From Lepidodermella squamata (taxonomy: Eukaryota > Animalia > Gastrotricha): a stretch of DNA of 64,000 nt. Positions 57,858-64,000 of this stretch are shown one piece after another. The notes beneath the pieces were generated by a model that was not told the origin of the DNA, searched no databases, and was given only the letters and a program-made list of their open reading frames with translations. The number at the start of each line of letters is the position of its first letter. Position 1 is the stretch's first letter. The stretch spans positions 186,001 to 250,000 of the forward strand of contig JBLDXI010000046.1 of the NCBI GenBank assembly GCA_047495785.1, written 5' to 3'. The position numbers and the translations under genes were made by a program.

Positions 57858-59617
57858 TGACTGTGAGAAAGACAGAGGCACTGAGCACTGCATGGCCGAT
57901 CAGAGAATCCACTGTCACAGAGGAACGTACTGCTCTGAATACAACAGAAGCAAAAAATGAAGGGACCAAAAAGACGTTTTTTTGCGTTTTCTTCAATACT
58001 GCTGAAGATTATACTTTCCCCATTCCGTATGAATTTGCGGAATGAAAGATGCGCGCATAAGAATTTCTAAGCGTATGTAATCGTAGTGCGCACGCGAGAA
58101 AAAATATATGAATTATCCTCAAGAAACGACCATATACACATACTTTTATCAAAAACGCATTGCCGCCATTTTCTTCTCGTCTATAAAAGATGACAGAGAG
58201 GTAGCTTCTAGAGCTTCCAGGCTTGATTGTTCCGGTCAGTTTTTGTTGGACTACAATCGTGGATAAATAAGGATTGTGGTCACATGGATAAATAAAGTAG
58301 GCTTCTGCTGTCGTTCGTGGATCGCTTCCTATTCGAAAACTTGCAGCTTGCTCTGACTCCCTAACCAGTTCTTTATCGCTAAAAGTTTAAGGACGCAAGG
58401 ACAGTGAGAGTTAGGACGCATCTCCGGCAGGTTGGGTGCTGGATAATCGAGTCGTACCTGCTAAGGCAGTAGTACTCAAAGTCTGCCCCGCGGGGAGGGA
58501 TTCAGGGTCATGGCGCGAGAATCAGCATATTATTTTAGGATATTTTCAGCCAAAATTAAGGTAAAATACCGTTAGCTAAAGCTCGCTTTGCTCACAGGTG
58601 TAGCTAAACTCACGCTTTCTGGAGTCTAATGTGAAAAGCTTGAGCGATTTTTTTTCTAATTATTGGCTAATGAGAAAATAAGAAGAACAACATTTTTACG
58701 TGAAACCAAGTTGTGACCCGTGGGGAATTCAGCAGTTTTAGCAGAGAGCGAAGTACCACCAGGGATGGTAGGAGTCATTCCTACCAGTTCAATCGGTTCG
58801 CAAAGTCGAAGACCAATGATTTTCAACATCTTAGCCACTTCTGCTGTCCTACTTCGCTCTCAGGTTGAAGGAAGCAACCTTTTTACCTCAGTAAATCCGC
58901 TTTGGAAGATGAATTCCAAAGCTCGTCACGCGTATCGCATACGATTATTCCTGCTGCAAGAGTAATTGGACGAGTCTAACACGACGGAGCGAACGAACAA
59001 TTCATACAAATTGGTGGTTTCAAGGTCGAATACCCTTAATAAATGAAAACCCACCGGCGGGATTTTGAAATCCTACGGTGCTCGGTCAGATTACACCGCG
59101 AGTAATCTTTCTGAAAATTTTCAACCCGTTTCACCGTGCATTTAATTATTATTTCACTGAAAACCAGTCCTGGGTGAACAATTGCCCGCAGGACACACAA
59201 TTTTCCGATGCCATTTGTTCAGCGAATGAAATATCAAGAATTCCCACGGTAAATAGCCGCATCCTTCATTGCAGAGGAAAACAAGCCAATAAACGCGGGT
59301 ATTTGCCGCATTGAATTTCGGGAAACTGCGTTAAGTTGTTGCAAAAGCTACGTATTCCAGTTCAAAAAGAATAAGTTCACATTTTACCCAGCATACTCCT
59401 TATTATTATATCCTAATCCATACAAAAGACGCCTTATCGATTTTTTCAGCGCGCTTGTTTTTTTAGCAAAATATGCAGATATGTTCTAGAGCGCTGCACA
59501 AAATTTCGAGGTAAAAACCTGGCCCCTTTGCGAACCGCACGGTAGAATTCCCGTTACAAGGAGATTAATGTTCTTTGTAGTAATTCTTATACTTTCACCG
59601 AAGGAAATCTGAAAATA

Positions 59618-59766
59618 CACGGTGAAAGTAACGGACGAAACCAATTTTCACCAGCTATCTCCATTAGGTTTGAAAGTATTTCTGTGATCATCAGATGTGT
59701 TCACGGTAAAAATCGGTTAAACTTGGCCATCCACGAAGATGAGATGCAACAAATGAGTTGACCGTG
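59618..59766. mobile_element. Possible small MITE (TA-CACGGT...ACCGTG-TA)
   Basis: Short terminal inverted 6-mers with TA on both sides. Other CACGGT/ACCGTG ends occur nearby and at 14989. Confidence 0.4.
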
Positions 59767-60030
59767 TACAATTAATTAATTCAAAGTGGAACGCTTGGAA
59801 CCAAGTGGTATTTGGGACATAAACTCATTCCATCCGACATTAGATGTCTTCTTCAATCAACTTTTAAAATTTCCTTCGGTGAACATGTTAAGCTTATTAA
59901 CAAAATCACTTTGGCTACAAAAAAGAATGAATCTACCGTCATGACTAGAATGATATCGCTGTTTTCCGGTGAGAATTCGGTAAAAGCAACCTGGTTTTTC
60001 ATGGTGTTCGCCTGGTTCGTACTTACATTA

Positions 60031-60723
60031 TCTCTCCTTTGAGCATTGGTTGTGCGCCACCTTGACCCGGTGCTCAATTTCGTTGAGCATCTTTGAGCAT
60101 TCCGTTAAGCACTGTTGAGCACTCCGTTGAGCAGCGTTGTGCACATTGAGCACAAAATGAGACATTTCTTTAGGCACGTTGTGCTTCTTTGAGCAGCCTT
60201 CGAGCACTCGTTGTGCGGCTCTTGAGCATCGCGTTCAGCGCCAGATTAAGCACCAGTCGTCAATGAATTAAAAAAAATCAGTCGCGGGCAGGAATTGAAC
60301 CAGTGATCTTTGCTCTCAAGCCCGCAATCAAATCCATTGCGCCACTGGCTCCTCATAAATGGATACTATCAAAATCGACTTATCAATAATTCCATTTGTT
60401 AACAATTTTGCAACTTAGGCAGTTTTTTTGTAATTGCAACCGAGCCATTTGCAACTGAAAAAATATAATTGGGGAAAAATATTAAAAAAAACAACCAGTC
60501 AGGGGCGGGAATCGAACCAGTGATCACTGCCCTCACACTCAATTTTGTCATCTTTGGAGTGCTCAATGATAACCTGTTATCCTGTTGCGCACAAGTTGAG
60601 CACTTTCGATATGTTCCGGCTGACGTTGAGCATAATTTGCGCTCAAATTGAGCACCCATTGAGCAATCATTGAGCATTTTGAGCACAAGTTGTGCAATTG
60701 AGCAAAAGTGCTCAAAGGAGAGA
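60031..60723. mobile_element. MITE with 15-bp perfect TIRs, TA target duplication, many TTGAGCA subterminal repeats and internal tRNA-like units
   Basis: TA|TCTCTCCTTTGAGCA ... TGCTCAAAGGAGAGA|TA. Confidence 0.85.
60281..60352 (-). pseudogene. tRNA-derived sequence (tRNA-Arg-like 5' end) with A and B boxes and a T-run terminator
   Basis: Minus strand: GGAGCCAGTGGCGCAATGG...GGTTCAATTCC...TTTTTTT. The acceptor and anticodon stems are degenerate. Confidence 0.65.
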
Positions 60724-61130
60724 TATTATTATTATTATTATACGATCCAGAAAAAATGCTGGATTATCGATTTTTCCCTTGCTATATAATGTACTATGCT
60801 ATATATTTATATTGCCTCTATGACTTTACGGACTCCCTGTATTTTACGTTGGCATACATCTACCTCAGTGTGCCGAACGCCGCGTCCCCTCGACGCTATC
60901 CTGGGCCACGACACACCTTGATTCCTGCGCCCTCTTCTACAGCTTACATCCCATATCTCTTGCCCCAGAGAGCCCCGAACAATTGCTTCAAATTGCACTA
61001 GAGTATAGAGTAACAATTTGTTTACTCACCAGTGGATTGCTAAACCACCGTCGGGCTACGTCAGCGGGCGTTGAGCCCACGACCTCATGCACATAGGCTA
61101 GCTTCCTTATCCACTAGGCTAGCGCTCCCC
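60724..61130 (-). mobile_element. tRNA-derived SINE (~400 bp) with a (TAA)n tail
   Basis: Head GGGGAGCGCTAGCCTAGTGG (A box)...GGCTCAACGCC (B-box variant), then body and TAA tail. A second partial copy is at 57750. Confidence 0.75.
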
Positions 61131-61884
61131 ACTTTATTATTATATTATTATAATCGAATTATTATTGAAAATTACTTCATCATTCTGCAAAGCTTTAGTT
61201 TATATTCAACTATCTACGAGCTGAGCGTTCGGCTAATGTCAGGCTAATTACTCAGAGGAGAAAAAAAGAAAAGCTGTTCCAAGAAATGCAGTTTGCAGCT
61301 AACGACCGCGATTGACAGCGATCGAAAGGCGACCTTAAGGCTCCTAATTCGATTGACCTTTTGATCAATAGATAATTCTTTGAGCAAAGACTAGTTGAGT
61401 TGAGAAATGTTAGGAATATCGTTTTCGCTCTTTTCAAGCGAGTTGAAAAATGCACTTCTAAAACCGGCAGAGCCGGTCGAGTTTGACTTCCACCATTCGC
61501 AGGTCCTTTACGGTCATGGACTGGAGCTGTCTCGTGAAATGTCACCATCACGCTCATGCGGTCATGGAATATTTGAGCTATGAGCTATCGTCAAATATCA
61601 AATATGTTTTTGAAATATTTTTCAAGTTAATTCTGAGCTGAGACACAAACGTAAACTATCGTTTTGCGGTAAACTACTGCAGCAAAAACACTTATTGCAA
61701 AAAATGTTATGGATCGCACGGCCATAATGTTTCATCCGGTAGTCATAGCAACGATCGACCAATCTACGTTTTAGCTCAAGCACAATGGCCTCTTGCATTC
61801 GGGTAAAATTGTATTTTTTTCAAAAGAATAGGCCTTAGAATAAGCATACTTCAACAAGATAGATGCACACGATTTGAAGACAAC

Positions 61885-61965
61885 TTGCTTGCTTAGTGGT
61901 TCCAGCACTAGCACTCGAAACGAGAGGTTGATAGTTCGACTCCAGCTCATATCATTTTTTTTTAT
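61885..61965 (+). pseudogene. tRNA-like Pol III remnant
   Basis: TTGCTTAGTGG (A box), AGTTCGACTCC (B box), then a T-run. No intact cloverleaf. Confidence 0.5.
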
Positions 61966-62514
61966 TTTTTCTAAGTTTTTTCGGACTTTTGGAAGTTTTT
62001 CAAAGTGACGAATTGACGAAATGACGAAATGACGAAACCACCACCAACTTAACAACAAGCAACAACTTAAAAGTTTAGTGTTTTGATCACACGTTTTGAT
62101 CACGTGTGCACGTGTGACCTTTGACCTGCAAAACAGGAGTATAATGGTCCCTGTCAAAAAAATCGGAACAGCAGGACCCCTCAGGTGAGCAGATATTAGG
62201 AAATACACGAATCTCGTATTTTCGCTTCGCGTATGTTTCAACAGCTAAAAGATTTGCACAGGCAGAATGCGTGATATATCTCGGATATCTAGCTTGGACA
62301 GTGGAAAGCTTTTTATTTTTTCCTCTCTTAGTAACGAATGACAATTATTACGTCATGAAGGGAACTTTTATAGACTATTCGGTTGCTAAGTAATTTTTTC
62401 TTTTATCAGTGTTGTATATAGTACTTAACATATTTAATAAATACATTAATAATAGCATAATACTTCTTGAATTGCGCCTAACAATGTAACTTCCGATTTG
62501 AATAACATTATTGT

Positions 62515-63568
62515 TTATGCATGGCACGACTCAACAGTGGCACCATTGGCGGTGACCGTGTCTGTAGTTACAACGCCAGGTAAGGGTGATATAAGCATGC
62601 AGCAATCGACGTAGGTTGCAGCTGAGTAGGAGTAGTCTTTAGTACGCTAAGTGCCAAAAGAGAGTACAACGATAAAGATGAATCATTTAAAACTCTACCA
62701 GGTCTCCAACAACATTTCCATAAGAGCTGCCACCAGCCGTATAAGGAAAGCGTACACAACCAGGACGTTCAGATCCATCAACGTACGCGGATGTTACTGC
62801 GTACGGTTGTCCAAAGCCGATTTTTTGAATACATACTGTGGGTTGACACCTACTTTAGTTCCGCCAAAAGGAACCATCTCCATTAAGACAGTATCAGCAG
62901 ACCCTTTCGCGGCATTACAGCAATCATCAAATGAAGAAAACGTATTTGGTGAAGCAGAAGATATCTTAAAAAAGATCAACAACCAAGTAGGGACATTTTA
63001 GTGTCAACAGCTCAGGCTTACTGTTGTATCAGTTGTAAGGACTGAGTTACATGCCCCAGCATTCGATGTGCAAAACATAACATTGGTTTTCGTGGAAGAT
63101 GAATCGCCAGTTGTTTTCGTTATCACGCACAACGTGTAGATAAGCTGGTTTATCATAATTCAGTTAAACTCCCGAGTGGGAATGAATAGTAATATAAGTT
63201 ACCGGGGTGCTGCAAGCTTGTCCACCTGGGCATTGATTAGCGCTTTTCAAGATGCAGTTCTTAGTGGATGCGTCGCAAATGTTCGCAGGAGGTGTACAGG
63301 TTTGACTGCCGGGACACGAAGGGGCTGGCGATCCAGATTTTGCAACACAATTGTTTGATGCTGCATCACATACCTTAGCCGATGTTACACATGAAGACCC
63401 AGGACTGCAAGGATTGGTGGTCGTATAGCAGGACTGGCCATTTGGACAAGTCGCCACTGGGGATTCTGTGCCGGCTGTTGACCTCGGGCACGGGGTGGTG
63501 GACGTTGGAGGGCACGCACTGGCAACGGCACAGAAAGCGGCAAGAATGATGAGGATTGAGTAATCCAT
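62515..63568 (-). CDS. Secreted Cys/Ser/Thr-rich protein with repeated CP.GQ.C..P...CDA...NC modules and an unrecognised C-terminal domain
   Basis: Exons 63568-63203, 63144-63022, 62964-62699, 62646-62515. Signal peptide MDYSILIILAAFCAVASA. Exon 3 needs either a +1 base or a weak 53-bp intron to stay in frame. Confidence 0.7.
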
Positions 63569-64000
63569 GAAGAAATGTTGCTAACAAATCCTGAAGAAAC
63601 TGAGCGAAAAACGAAAGGAAAATTCTGCGAATGGCTCATTTCTGTCCGCTTAAATAACCACCTGGGACGCATGTGTTTGTTGAACTCTGTCCAATTTGTT
63701 TCGGCCCGCACAAGGTTACCGAGTTCGACTCCATGAAAAAATGGTAGCCGGGCGGCAATAGAATCATTAACCAACTGAAAGTTTCAAATCAACTCTACAC
63801 TATAGCCAGATGAATTTTTGCCTTGGTTTGTTTCAGTTAATTGCTTTTTTCCACATCTAAGCCTTAAATGTCAATAGCCAACTCCGCGATCAACCTGTTT
63901 CATCTGCGGTGACGCCTGAAATGGCTTAATCCTGTTGCACTGCTGGAAGAACCGAATGCAGCTAATGTCACTAGCAAATCTGTCCTCCGCCTGCGCTTTG

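Noticed and set aside
55800-59600. Short ORFs in the intergenic stretch
   Set aside because: No motifs, signal peptides or consistent exon chains. The region is AT-rich with repeat remnants (e.g. TTGCGGACAGA x3 near 57520-57565).
57750-60841. A 3-kb DNA transposon bounded by 110-bp TIRs
   Set aside because: The two repeats are better explained as oppositely oriented SINE 3' ends with TAA tails, one continuing into a tRNA head. No transposase ORF lies between them.
60281-61965. Functional tRNA genes
   Set aside because: A and B boxes are present but the acceptor and anticodon stems do not pair. They sit in MITE/SINE contexts.
63022-63144. Frameshift in exon 2 of the last gene
   Set aside because: On recount the exon is 123 bp and open in phase 0.

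Overview
Eukaryotic, gene-dense window from a compact invertebrate-type (animal) genome, with mostly ~45-60 bp GT-AG introns. The species cannot be identified from the sequence alone. The window looks like a fast-evolving sensory/defence island. It contains: (1) the 3' part of a large gene with at least 4 fibrinogen-C domains, a PAN domain and 4 sushi domains; (2) a tandem array of divergent GABA-B-like class C GPCRs (six full-length copies, one copy with a large in-frame deletion, and several fragments); (3) two divergent Cys-loop ligand-gated channel subunits; (4) four small secreted double-PAN/Apple genes, two head-to-head around a palindrome and one enclosed by inverted repeats; (5) a secreted NlpC/P60 (Amidase_6-like) enzyme and a GPI-type PQQ-like beta-propeller, both bacterial-looking; (6) ankyrin, LRR-CaaX, STELLO/DUF288 and cysteine-rich genes; (7) a LINE remnant, MITEs, a tRNA-derived SINE and palindromes. 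The most striking item is a six-exon gene (31461-32860) that I assembled by hand across the ORF track. It encodes CBP/p300-type TAZ1 and KIX transcription-factor-binding domains fused directly to a RING-H2 finger, i.e. a candidate 'decoy co-activator' E3 ligase. All exon structures and domain calls come from manual reading and motif recognition, not from database searches.
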